From an uncultured Spirochaetaceae bacterium (lineage in GTDB: Bacteria > Myxococcota_A > UBA9160 > UBA4427), in the NCBI GenBank assembly GCA_964515335.1, contig CAZETS010000012.1:19974-83973 (forward strand): a stretch of DNA of 64,000 bases, read 5' to 3'. The notes beneath the pieces are model-generated. The model saw only the letters and a list, made by a program, of their open reading frames with translations, had not been told where the DNA came from and made no database searches. A program made the translations under genes and the position numbers. Positions 8,938 through 19,964 of the stretch are shown here, in pieces; position 1 is the first letter of the stretch; each line of letters starts with the position of its first letter.

Positions 8938-9996
8938 CTAGGCGAAGAGCGCCCGGATGCCTTCCGGATAGGGGGCCCGGACGACGCCCCTCTCCGTCAC
9001 GATGCCGCTCACCAGGCGGGCCGGGGTCACGTCGAAGGCCGACTGCTCGACGTCGACACCGTCGGGCAGCACGACGCGATCGCCGATGCGCGCCACCTCG
9101 TCGCGGGCACGCACCTCGATCGGGATCTCGGCGCCGCTCGCGATCTCTCGATCGATCGTCGAGAGCGGCGCCGCCACGTAGAAGGGGATGTCGTGGGCGC
9201 GGGCGAGGACCGCCACGCCGTAGGTACCGATCTTGTTCGCCACGTCGCCGTTGGACGCGATGCGATCCGCGCCGACGACCACCATGTCGACCTCACCACG
9301 CTGCATCATCCAGCCCGCCATGTTGTCGGTACAGACGCGAACCGGGATGTCGTCCCGCTGCAGCTCCCAGGCCGTGAGCCGTGCGCCCTGCAGCAGTGGC
9401 CGCGTCTCGTCGGCCAGCACGCTCACGCCAAGACCCGCTTCGGCGGCCGCGCGCACCACGCCGAGCGCCGTCCCGTAGCCTCCGGTGGCGAGCGCGCCGG
9501 CATTGCAATGGGTGAGGATGCGCGCGCCCTTCGTCACGACCTCGACGCCGGCCCGACCGATCGCCCGGCACGTCTCGATGTCGTCGGCCAGGATCCGCTC
9601 GGCCTCTTCGACGAGCGCCGCGCGGATGCCGTCGACCCCGGCGCCCGGCGCCGAGGCGAGATCGTCGACCAGCGACTGCATCCGATCGAGGGCCCAGAAG
9701 AGGTTGACCGCGGTCGGCCGCGTGCCGCGCAGGCGCGGAATCACCTGCTCGTGCAGGTCGTCGCGCAGGGACGCCGCGTCGCTCGCCTTGGATCGCACCG
9801 CACCCAGCGCCACACCCAGCGCGGCCGCGACGCCGATCGCGGGCGCACCGCGCACCGCCAGCCGCTCGATCGCGTCGGCGACACCCTCGACCTCTGCGAG
9901 CCGCAGGTAGCGCTCCTCGGTCGGGAGGAGCGTCTGGTCGAGGAGCTCCACGGCTCCATCGTTCCAGCGCAGCGTGAACCAGCTCGAATCATTCAC
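8938..9996 (-). CDS. mtnA: S-methyl-5-thioribose-1-phosphate isomerase
   Basis: LLDQTLLP, VRGAPAIG, TRPTAVNL, ILTHCNAGALAT, ETRPLLQGARLT, GDVANKIGT. GTG start overlaps the asmA-like stop. Confidence 0.95.
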   Translation of the reverse strand: MNDSSWFTLRWNDGAVELLDQTLLPTEERYLRLAEVEGVADAIERLAVRGAPAIGVAAALGVALGAVRSKASDAASLRDDLHEQVIPRLRGTRPTAVNLFWALDRMQSLVDDLASAPGAGVDGIRAALVEEAERILADDIETCRAIGRAGVEVVTKGARILTHCNAGALATGGYGTALGVVRAAAEAGLGVSVLADETRPLLQGARLTAWELQRDDIPVRVCTDNMAGWMMQRGEVDMVVVGADRIASNGDVANKIGTYGVAVLARAHDIPFYVAAPLSTIDREIASGAEIPIEVRARDEVARIGDRVVLPDGVDVEQSAFDVTPARLVSGIVTERGVVRAPYPEGIRALFA

Positions 9997-12205
9997 CCGC
10001 TCGGGATCCCCCGTCGTTGACCGGCGCCCCGGGCGCCGTGCCCGAGTCGTCGCGGCGACCGCCGCCGAACAGCACCCCCAGGCCCTCGTCCAGTAGATGA
10101 CCCGCGCCGGGAACCACCTTGTCGGCCCCTTCGAGCACGCCCTTGACCGCGATGTTGCTCGACACGAGCTGCGAGGCGAGCGAAGCGACTGCCTTCTTGG
10201 ACACATCGATCTCGGGCGAATCCAGGGTGCCGCCGATGTGGGCGACCGGCACGGTGATCTCACCGTCGCTCGCCTTCGCGCCGAGCGCGAGCGCCACCTC
10301 GGCGGCCAGCTGCACCGCGCCTTCCATGTCGAGCGCGAGGTCCGAGAGGCGAACCGTGCCGTGCAGGTCGGCGGCGTGACTGCGGTAGACGATGCGCGCC
10401 TGGTCGGTGTGGCCGAGGCCGTCCTCCAGGCGAAAGGCGACCTGCAGCCGCTCGAACGAGTCGCCCGTGTAGGCCGACAGATCCGGAGCCCGGCCCCCGA
10501 GCAAGAGCCCGGTCACGCGGCTGAGGTGACCGAGCTTGTCGAGGCCTTCGAAGATCGAGCCGAGCAGCGAGAAGCCCACGATCCGCCCGCCCTCGCTGCC
10601 GTCACCGACCGCCTCGCCCATGTCGAGGTGCAAGTCCCCGACGAGCGACGCGCCAGGGTCCGGGACGCCCGCGCGGCCGGTCAACCGGCCGCGCAGCGTC
10701 AGCGGACCGTAGACCGTGTCGGCGAGCGACGGATCGAGGCCGGTCAACAACGCGTCGGCGCGCAGCGCTTTGGGCGTATCGAGGCGCAGCGTGAAGGGCA
10801 GCGCGCCCTCGAGATCACGCACCGCGCCGCTGATCTCGATGCGTTGACCGCCGCTCGCCACGGCCACGTCCGCCAGATCGACGCCTTCGCCGCGCCCGAC
10901 GATGCGACCCGAGACGTCGACGGATCCGCCGCTCTCGAGCTCGACGATCAGCCCCTCGAGTCGCACCTCGCCGCCGATCGAGAGCGGATCGGTCGAGACC
11001 TCGAGGCCATGGATCGCGACTGCGCCCTCGACCTTCGCGTCCGCCGCCGCGGGCAGCAGAGCCAGCACGGAGGCGGCCGCGAAGGGGGCCGCGTCGAGCG
11101 ACAGCCGCAGCGTGTCACCCGACTCGACCTGCCCGGTCGCCTGCATTTCCGCGAGTTCGACCCGTTCGAGGGAGACCCGCATCGCACCGCCCGCGGCCGG
11201 CTCGAGCCGGCCGGCGAGCGTCGCGGGCGTCTTGGCGGGCTTGGCGAAAGCGTCTCCCGAGGAGATCTTCGCGGGCGTCGCGTCGAGCGTGAAGCTCCCG
11301 GCCAGACGCGACCACTCGCCGCCTAGCTCGGCTCGAAGCGAGACGCGCCCCTCGACGGTGGTCCCGCTCAGGGCCAGGCCACTCGCAAGCAGCGTCAGGT
11401 CGGCCTCGACGGCCTCCGGTGCGGCCGCCGCGCCCCGTACCTCGAGCCGCCCGCCGAGCGCGGCGTCGAGTGCGGCGCCCTCGCCCAGGTAGGGCGCGAA
11501 GCCGTCGAGCGAGACCTTCGTGAGTTCGAGAGAAACGTCCAACACGCCGGCGAGCGTCGTCGTGCCCTTCACGACGAGACGGCCGCCGGTCGCCAGGTCG
11601 CCGGTTCCGGCGATCTCGAGCGGCTCGTCGATGCCGCTGCCGTGGGCCGAGAGGTTCAGGGACTCGAAGCCGAGCTTCACCGGCGGATCCAGCGTCGCGT
11701 CGAGGAGCAGCAGCCGCGCATCGCTCACGTGCACCTCGCGGATGCCGAGTGCCATCAGCGACGCGCCTCCCGCCGGCTCGCTCGCAGCCTCTTCGTCTTT
11801 TCCGTCGCCCGCCCCGCCGGTCGGCAGCGGCAGGTCGAGTCCCGACGCGGTTCGCTTCAGCTCGACGTCGAGGCCTTCGATCGTCAACGAGTCGATCACG
11901 ATCGCGAGGCGGAGGAGCGGCAGGAGCGCGATGCGCAGGTCGACCCTGCGCGCGTCGAGGAGCGGCGGCGCGGTCGGATCGCCGCCGGGAACATGCGGAT
12001 CCGAGAGCTCGATGCGGGGCGGCAAGAGCCCGACGCCCAGCGCGCGATACGACAGGGGTCGCCCGAGCGCCTCGCGCGAAGCCTGCGTGATCCGCGAGCG
12101 CATCTCGGGCGTGTCCGCATAGCGCGGCAACGCGACCGCCAGCGCGATCGCGACGACGATCAGTCCTGCCAGCAGTGCGGCCACGAGCCGCAGCACGATG
12201 CGCAT
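9989..12205 (-). CDS. AsmA-family protein
   Basis: N-terminal TM anchor, EALGRPL, ARRVDLRIALLPLL, beta-rich body, C-terminal IGGTLDSPEI. Confidence 0.8.
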   Translation of the reverse strand: MRIVLRLVAALLAGLIVVAIALAVALPRYADTPEMRSRITQASREALGRPLSYRALGVGLLPPRIELSDPHVPGGDPTAPPLLDARRVDLRIALLPLLRLAIVIDSLTIEGLDVELKRTASGLDLPLPTGGAGDGKDEEAASEPAGGASLMALGIREVHVSDARLLLLDATLDPPVKLGFESLNLSAHGSGIDEPLEIAGTGDLATGGRLVVKGTTTLAGVLDVSLELTKVSLDGFAPYLGEGAALDAALGGRLEVRGAAAAPEAVEADLTLLASGLALSGTTVEGRVSLRAELGGEWSRLAGSFTLDATPAKISSGDAFAKPAKTPATLAGRLEPAAGGAMRVSLERVELAEMQATGQVESGDTLRLSLDAAPFAAASVLALLPAAADAKVEGAVAIHGLEVSTDPLSIGGEVRLEGLIVELESGGSVDVSGRIVGRGEGVDLADVAVASGGQRIEISGAVRDLEGALPFTLRLDTPKALRADALLTGLDPSLADTVYGPLTLRGRLTGRAGVPDPGASLVGDLHLDMGEAVGDGSEGGRIVGFSLLGSIFEGLDKLGHLSRVTGLLLGGRAPDLSAYTGDSFERLQVAFRLEDGLGHTDQARIVYRSHAADLHGTVRLSDLALDMEGAVQLAAEVALALGAKASDGEITVPVAHIGGTLDSPEIDVSKKAVASLASQLVSSNIAVKGVLEGADKVVPGAGHLLDEGLGVLFGGGRRDDSGTAPGAPVNDGGSRAGE

Positions 12206-12354
12206 GTGACTCGGGATCTCCCTCCACCGTCGAGCGACGCCAGCACCCGGGCGTCGGCAATGTACCCCACGGCGACGATCGGCCCGGAGCGGACCGCCGG
12301 GGGGTCCGCGACCGGCGTGTTGTTGGGCCGCATCGATCCGCCTACCGTCGCGGA

Positions 12355-13497
12355 ATGCCTTCCCCTGCGCGCGGCCGCGCGCTCGCCTACCGGCCGGGCC
12401 TCGCCGCCACGACTGTGCTCGCGGCGAGCGCGCTCGTCCTCCCGGCCTGTGGCGCCGGCGACGACGCCGCCGCGCGGCGGGGCGGTCGGCCGCCGGCCGC
12501 AGTCCAGGTGATCTCGGCCGAGGCGCGAGAACTCGAGCGCACCATTTCGTCCGTCGGCTCGCTCGAGAGCCCGAGCACCACCACGGTCGCGTCGGAGGTG
12601 CGTGGTCGGCTGACGCTGCTCGACGTGCCCGAGGGCCGCCGGGTCGAGGCCGGCCACGTGCTCGCGCGCGTCGACGACTCGGAGGCGCGCGCGGCGCTGC
12701 GCGTCGCGCGGGCGCGGCTCACCAACGCCGCCGACCGGCTGCGCCGGCTCGAGAACCTGCGCGCGAAGAGCGTCAGCTCCGAGCAGGCCTACGACGACGC
12801 TCACTCCGAGCACGACGCGGCGACCGGCGCCTTCGAGGAGGCCAGGACGCGGCTCGAGAAGACGACGATCCGCGCGCCGTTCGCCGGGGTGCTCGGCCTG
12901 CGGCAGGTCGACCCCGGTCAGTTCGTCGACGCCGGCGCGCCGATCGTCGAACTCACCCAGGTGGATCCCCTCGACCTGCGGTTCGGCATCCCCCAGCGCT
13001 ACGCGGCCGAGCTGGCGATCGGCCAGGCGGTGAAGGGCAGCGTCGGCCGTTGCGGGCCGCGCTTCTCGGGCGAGGTCGACGTGATCGACCCGCGCGTCGA
13101 CTCGGCGACCCGCAGCATCCAGCTCCAGGCGCGCGTGCCGAACACCGACGGCCGGCTCTACCCCGGCATGGCGGTCAGCCTGCGGCTCACCGTCGGTGAG
13201 ATCGCCGGCGCGATCGTCGTGCCGCAGGAGGCCGTCGTCCGCCAGGGCACGCGCCATCTGGTGTACGTGCTCGACGAGGAGGATCGCGCCCAGCAGCACG
13301 TCGTCGCGCTCGGGCAGTTCTTCGAGGACGGCGTGCACGTGCGCGAGGGCGTGCCGCCGGGCGCGCGCGTCGTGGCGGCCGGGCAGCAGAAGCTGCGACC
13401 GGGCAGCCCGACGGCGCCCAGCGCCTTCTTGCGCACCGACAACCCGAACCTCGCCCTGGGACGCCGCGCGACCGAGGGCTGCCCCGACGGGCCGTGA
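12355..13497 (+). CDS. RND efflux membrane fusion protein (lipoprotein)
   Basis: Lipobox LPAC, lipoyl motif EGRRVEAGHVLARVD, TTIRAPFAGVLG, LYPGM, IVVPQEAV. Confidence 0.9.
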   Translation: MPSPARGRALAYRPGLAATTVLAASALVLPACGAGDDAAARRGGRPPAAVQVISAEARELERTISSVGSLESPSTTTVASEVRGRLTLLDVPEGRRVEAGHVLARVDDSEARAALRVARARLTNAADRLRRLENLRAKSVSSEQAYDDAHSEHDAATGAFEEARTRLEKTTIRAPFAGVLGLRQVDPGQFVDAGAPIVELTQVDPLDLRFGIPQRYAAELAIGQAVKGSVGRCGPRFSGEVDVIDPRVDSATRSIQLQARVPNTDGRLYPGMAVSLRLTVGEIAGAIVVPQEAVVRQGTRHLVYVLDEEDRAQQHVVALGQFFEDGVHVREGVPPGARVVAAGQQKLRPGSPTAPSAFLRTDNPNLALGRRATEGCPDGP

Positions 13498-16400
13498 CCA
13501 TCTCCGAGCTATCGATCCGCCGGCCGGTGCTCGCCACGGTGATGAGTCTGGTGATCGTGGTCGCCGGGTGCGCGGCCTTCTTCGCCCTGCCCGTCCGTGA
13601 GCTTCCCGACATCGACAACCCGCTGGTGTCGGTGTCGACGATCTACCTCGGCGCCAGCCCCGAGACCGTCGAGGCGACGATCACCGAGCCGCTGGAGCGC
13701 GTGCTGAACGGCATCGATGGGATCCGAAGCATCGAATCCACCAGCGCCTTCGGGATGAGTGCCATCAACGTCGAGTTCGAGGCCGGCCGCGACCTCGACG
13801 TGGCGGCCACCGACGTCTCGAACGCGGTGCTGCGGGCCGTCGATCGCCTGCCCGAGATCGCGCGCCGGCCGGTCATCCGCAAGGCCGGCGCGAACTCGTC
13901 GCCCATCATGTGGATCAACGTCCAGGGCGACGACTACTCGCCCGAGGACCTGACCGACATCGCCGACCGCATCGTGCGCACGCCGATCCAGCTGCTGCCA
14001 GGCGTGGCCCAGGCGGTCATCGGCGGCGAGCGCCGTTATGCGATGCGCGTCTGGCTCGATCCGGCCCGCATGGCAGCGCACGGCGTCGACGCCCTCGACG
14101 TACGCAACGCCATCCGGCAGAGCAACCTCCAGCTGCCCGCCGGCGAGCTCGAGGCCAGCGGCCGCAAGTTCACCATCAACGCCGATGCGCAGATCGACGA
14201 CCCCAGCGAGTTCGAGCGCATCGTGATCCGCGAGGCCGGCGACGTCCCGATCCGCATCGAGGACGTCGGCTGGGTGGAGCTCGGCAGCGAGAACTACCAG
14301 GCGATCACGCGGTTCTACGCGCGCGACACGGTCGGCGTCGGCGTGATCCGCCAGTCGCGATCCAACGAGCTGGCCGTCTCGGAGGCAGTGCGGGCGGCGC
14401 TGCCCGGCATCCAGCGCGCCGTGCCCGAGGGCGTCGAGATCTCGATGTCCGTCGACTTCACCACCTTCGTCCGGGAAGCGCTGCGCGAGGTGAGCATCAC
14501 CCTGATGATCGCGATCGCGATCGTGGTGCTGGTGAACCTCGCATTCCTCCACTCGGCCACCACGATGGCGATCACGCTCACGGTGATCCCGGTCTCGATC
14601 GTGGGCACCCTGTCCGTGCTGCTCGCGCTCGGCTTCTCGCTCAACATCCTCACGCTGCTCGGACTGGTGCTCTCGGTGGGGCTGCTCGTCGACGACGCGA
14701 TCGTCGTGCAGGAGAACATCTATCGGCGCCAGCAGCTCGGCGAGACGAGACTGACCGCGGCACGGAACGGATCCCGCGAGGTCGGCTTCCCGGTGATCGC
14801 GACGACCGTGGCGGTAGTGTCGGTGCTGGTTCCGCTGTCGCTGATGACCGGTGACACCGGCCGGCTGTTCCGCGAGTTCGCCATCTGCGTCGCCGTGGCG
14901 GTGTCGATCTCGACATTCGTGGCGCTCACCCTGGTGCCGATGCTGTGCTCGCGATTCCTGACCGTCGGCGCGCCGACCGGCGCCATCTCGCGCGGCATCG
15001 AGGGCGGCCTGACTGCGGCGGCGGCCGCGTACCGCGGCGCGCTCGGTTTCTGCCTCGACCATCGCGCGGCGATCGGCGCCGTGCTCGTGATCATCGTAGT
15101 GTCGATCGCGGGCCTGCTTCGAATCACACCGACCACCTTCCTGCCGATCGAGGACCGGGGCCGCATCGTCACGGTGATTCGCGCTCCGGAGGGCTCCACC
15201 TCGGCTTTCACGCGGCGGGCCCTGCGTCAGATCGAGGAGCGGAAGCTCGCGATTCCCGAGATCGTCGGCTTCTTCGCCGCGATCGGAATGAGCTTCGGCC
15301 AGCCGGCGAGCTCGTCGGCCGGCATCATCTTCACGAGACTCCAGCACTGGAACGAGCGCGACGTCAAGCAGCAGGAGATCGTGGCGCGGCTCTTCGGCGA
15401 GCTGATGCAGATCCCCGAGGCGATGGTGTTCGCCATCAACCCGCCCTCGCTGGGACGCAGCAGCCGGGCAGACCTCGAGATGGTCATCAAGAGCTCATCG
15501 GCCAACCTCGACGAGTTCGCCGAGGCCAACGGCGCCATCCTGTCGCAGATGCGCGAGATGCCCGGGCTCGTCAACGTCGACAGCGACCTGCGCCTCGAGA
15601 ACCCGCAGCTCGACATCGTCTTCGATCGCGAGCGCGCCGCCGACGTCGGCGTGCCGGTGCAGGCCGTCTCGGAGAGCCTGCGCCTGCTCGTCTCCCAGAG
15701 CGCCGCCGACGACTTCGTGCTGCGCAGCAAGCAGTACGACGTCGTGATGGCGCTCGCCTCGCCGTTCCGCAGCGTGCCCGACCACCTCGGCGAGCTGCAC
15801 GTGCGCGCCCGCGACGGCGCCATGGTGCCGCTTTCGAGCCTGATCGACCCGGTTCCGCGCATCGCCCCGAGCCGCCTCAACCACTACGACCTGCAGCGGT
15901 CCGCGACGTTCACCGGCAACCTCGCCCCCGGCGCGACCCTCGGCGAGGTGCTCGAGCAGGCGCAGGAGATCGTGTCCGAGCTCCTGCCGGCGGGCTTCAC
16001 GACGGACCTGCGTGGCACCTCGCGCGAGTTCGTCGAGTCGCAGGCGCAGGTCTACCTCACCTTCGGGATGGCGCTGTTGCTGATCTATCTCGTGCTCTCC
16101 GCCCAGTTCGAGAGCTTCCTCCACCCGCTGACCGTGCTCTTCAGCGTGCCGCTCGCCTCGCTCGGCGCCCTGATCGCCCTCTACGTCACCGGCAACACCC
16201 TCAACCTCTACAGTCAGATCGGCATCATCCTGCTCGTCGGTCTGGTGACCAAGAACTCGATCCTGCTGGTCGACTTCGCCAACCAGGAGCGCGCTCGCGG
16301 CGCAGAGCTGCTGCCGGCGCTGATCGCGGCCGGGCGGACGCGCTTCCGCCCGATCCTGATGACGAGCACCACCTCGATCCTCGGCGCGATGCCCCTCGCA

Positions 16401-16583
16401 CTGGCCAGCAGCGCCGGAGCCGAGAGCCGTCAGGCGATCGGCATCGCGGTGGTGGGCGGCCTGCTCTTCTCGACGGTGTTCACGCTGGTGGTGATCCCGG
16501 TGGTCCACTACGCGCTGGTGCGCGGAGCCGAGCGACTGGGCTGGAACACCGTCCCGCCGCGGGTGGAGCTGGACGCGGCGTGA
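13494..16583 (+). CDS. RND efflux permease (AcrB/AcrD/AcrF family)
   Basis: IRRPVLA, GLLVDDAIVVQENI, AQFES, TKNSILLVDF, RFRPILMT; 1029 aa; GTGA overlap with the MFP. Confidence 0.95.
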   Translation: MTISELSIRRPVLATVMSLVIVVAGCAAFFALPVRELPDIDNPLVSVSTIYLGASPETVEATITEPLERVLNGIDGIRSIESTSAFGMSAINVEFEAGRDLDVAATDVSNAVLRAVDRLPEIARRPVIRKAGANSSPIMWINVQGDDYSPEDLTDIADRIVRTPIQLLPGVAQAVIGGERRYAMRVWLDPARMAAHGVDALDVRNAIRQSNLQLPAGELEASGRKFTINADAQIDDPSEFERIVIREAGDVPIRIEDVGWVELGSENYQAITRFYARDTVGVGVIRQSRSNELAVSEAVRAALPGIQRAVPEGVEISMSVDFTTFVREALREVSITLMIAIAIVVLVNLAFLHSATTMAITLTVIPVSIVGTLSVLLALGFSLNILTLLGLVLSVGLLVDDAIVVQENIYRRQQLGETRLTAARNGSREVGFPVIATTVAVVSVLVPLSLMTGDTGRLFREFAICVAVAVSISTFVALTLVPMLCSRFLTVGAPTGAISRGIEGGLTAAAAAYRGALGFCLDHRAAIGAVLVIIVVSIAGLLRITPTTFLPIEDRGRIVTVIRAPEGSTSAFTRRALRQIEERKLAIPEIVGFFAAIGMSFGQPASSSAGIIFTRLQHWNERDVKQQEIVARLFGELMQIPEAMVFAINPPSLGRSSRADLEMVIKSSSANLDEFAEANGAILSQMREMPGLVNVDSDLRLENPQLDIVFDRERAADVGVPVQAVSESLRLLVSQSAADDFVLRSKQYDVVMALASPFRSVPDHLGELHVRARDGAMVPLSSLIDPVPRIAPSRLNHYDLQRSATFTGNLAPGATLGEVLEQAQEIVSELLPAGFTTDLRGTSREFVESQAQVYLTFGMALLLIYLVLSAQFESFLHPLTVLFSVPLASLGALIALYVTGNTLNLYSQIGIILLVGLVTKNSILLVDFANQERARGAELLPALIAAGRTRFRPILMTSTTSILGAMPLALASSAGAESRQAIGIAVVGGLLFSTVFTLVVIPVVHYALVRGAERLGWNTVPPRVELDAA

Positions 16584-17797
16584 AGCGCCACCCCCGCCAG
16601 CAGAAACGTCACCCACAGCATCGGCGCGCGATAACGCAGCGAGAACTGCACCAGGTAGTAGGGAAGCGGCAGTAGAAGCGCCCAGGCGAGCAGCAGCGGG
16701 CCCGCCGGCAGTCGCCGGCGCAGCGTCACCACGACCCCGCCGATCGCGAGCAGCGTGCTGGCGTACACGACCGCGCTCGACCAGCGGCGCGGGCCGCGGG
16801 TGAGCTCGCGCCAGGGATCGCCCACCGGTGACGGCGCCCAGAACGAGGCCGCCCGCCGGGCGATCAGGCCTGCCGATCGCACGGGCTCGGCCGCGATGTA
16901 GTCGAGCGCAGAGGCGAGCGCGCGGCGGTTGTACTCGAGCTCGCCCAGCTCGCGAACGCGCCGGGCCTCGCCGGGTGAGCGGTTCGGATGGTGCCGCTTG
17001 AAGCAGCCGCTCAGCATGTTGTCGAAGAGGCTGACGCCCGTGCATGCGTTGAAGCTCACCGCCATCTCGATGCCGAGGTTGTCGCGCACGAACGTGAAGC
17101 CGCCCAGAGCCTGGTGGTTGCGCGCCAACCACGGAGCGAGGATCAGCACCGGCACGGCCACCATCACGAGCTGCCGCCGCCAGCAGGCGGCGAGGCCGGC
17201 GCGCCGGATCTCCCAGCCGGTCCACGCCAGCCAGACGATCGCCGCCACCGGGTAGGCGAGGATCAAGAGCCCCCAGCCGCCGCCGATCACGGCGTCCCGC
17301 CCGCTCGGCCCCGGCGCCGGCCGCCTCGCCCGCACGGCGATCAGCCCCGTCAGCACGATCATCAGCAGCGCGACGTAATCGCTCTCCCACCGCGCGGTCG
17401 GCGGCGGCGCGGCGAGCAGCGCGAGCACCGCGCCGCACAGCCCGGCGACGGCGCCGAGCCCCAGAGCGCGGCTCAGCAGAGGCAGCAGAGCGGCCTGTGC
17501 GGCGAGCGCGGCGGCGGCCGCCCAGTACAGCCACGCGTGCGCGGCGGGCGATCCGCCGAACGCGCGGAAGACGAGCGAAGCGGCGGCGGGATGCACCGGC
17601 GCGACGTGGGCGGTCGGGCCGGTGGGCATCGCGGCGAACGGATCAGCGAACTCGCCCCGCTCGGCCAGGGAGAGCGCCACGCGCGTGCTCTCCACCAGGG
17701 ACGTGGCCGGCCGCTCGCGAAGCGCCGACGTCACGAGGCTCGACGCGAAGATCACGACGCAGACGGCGGCGAGGCGGGCAGCAGCAGGACGAGGCAT
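16508..17797 (-). CDS. Multi-pass membrane protein, probable GT-C (ArnT/PMT-like) glycosyltransferase
   Basis: GEFADPF...PTAHVAPVHP, LAPWLARNH, LRYRAP; many TM segments. Confidence 0.6.
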   Translation of the reverse strand: MPRPAAARLAAVCVVIFASSLVTSALRERPATSLVESTRVALSLAERGEFADPFAAMPTGPTAHVAPVHPAAASLVFRAFGGSPAAHAWLYWAAAAALAAQAALLPLLSRALGLGAVAGLCGAVLALLAAPPPTARWESDYVALLMIVLTGLIAVRARRPAPGPSGRDAVIGGGWGLLILAYPVAAIVWLAWTGWEIRRAGLAACWRRQLVMVAVPVLILAPWLARNHQALGGFTFVRDNLGIEMAVSFNACTGVSLFDNMLSGCFKRHHPNRSPGEARRVRELGELEYNRRALASALDYIAAEPVRSAGLIARRAASFWAPSPVGDPWRELTRGPRRWSSAVVYASTLLAIGGVVVTLRRRLPAGPLLLAWALLLPLPYYLVQFSLRYRAPMLWVTFLLAGVALHAASSSTRGGTVFQPSRSAPRTSA

Positions 17798-17863
17798 CGC
17801 CCGAGAGCGTGCCGGACCCGGCGCCCCGGCGCAGCGCTCGGCCCGGGTGCCTATCTTGCCGTG

Positions 17864-18415
17864 ATGGACCGCCCCGCCAGCGAACGAGACCGGCGCGCCG
17901 CGCTCGGCGAGTTGGTCGCCCTGCACCGCCGGGTCGACGAGCAGGCCGCCGCGATCGCGGCCCGCCACGGCGAACGGCTGCGCTGCCGCCTCGGCTGCAC
18001 GGCCTGCTGCATCGACGGCATCACGGTCTTCGCCGTGGAGGCGGCGCGCATCCGCGAGGGCCACGAAGACCTCCTCGCCCGGGCCGAGGCCCATCCGCCC
18101 GGCGCGTGCGCGTTCCTGGCCGCCGACGGCGCCTGCCGGATCTACGCCGACCGCCCCTACGTGTGCCGCACCCAGGGCCTGCCGCTCCGCTGGCACGAGC
18201 CCGACGCGCACGGCCGGGCGGCCGAGCACCGAGACATCTGCCCCGAGAACGAGCCGGGGCCGCCGCTCGCCGGGCTGCCCGAAGCCGAGTGCTGGACGAT
18301 CGGACCGAGCGAGTCGCTGCTCGCCGGCATCGCCCGCCGCTACGACCCCGAGGCGCGCCGCCTGCCACTCCGGTCGCTCTTCCGACGAGCCGAGCCCCTC
18401 GACGGGCCCGGCTGA
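17864..18415 (+). CDS. YkgJ-family cysteine cluster protein
   Basis: CRLGCTACC...CAFL...CRIYADRPYVCR. Confidence 0.85.
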   Translation: MDRPASERDRRAALGELVALHRRVDEQAAAIAARHGERLRCRLGCTACCIDGITVFAVEAARIREGHEDLLARAEAHPPGACAFLAADGACRIYADRPYVCRTQGLPLRWHEPDAHGRAAEHRDICPENEPGPPLAGLPEAECWTIGPSESLLAGIARRYDPEARRLPLRSLFRRAEPLDGPG

Positions 18416-18418
18416 CCC

Positions 18419-19930
<1,512 letters not shown>

Positions 19931-19964
19931 CGCGTCTCTCCGGCCCGCTCGCGGCCGATCGGCT

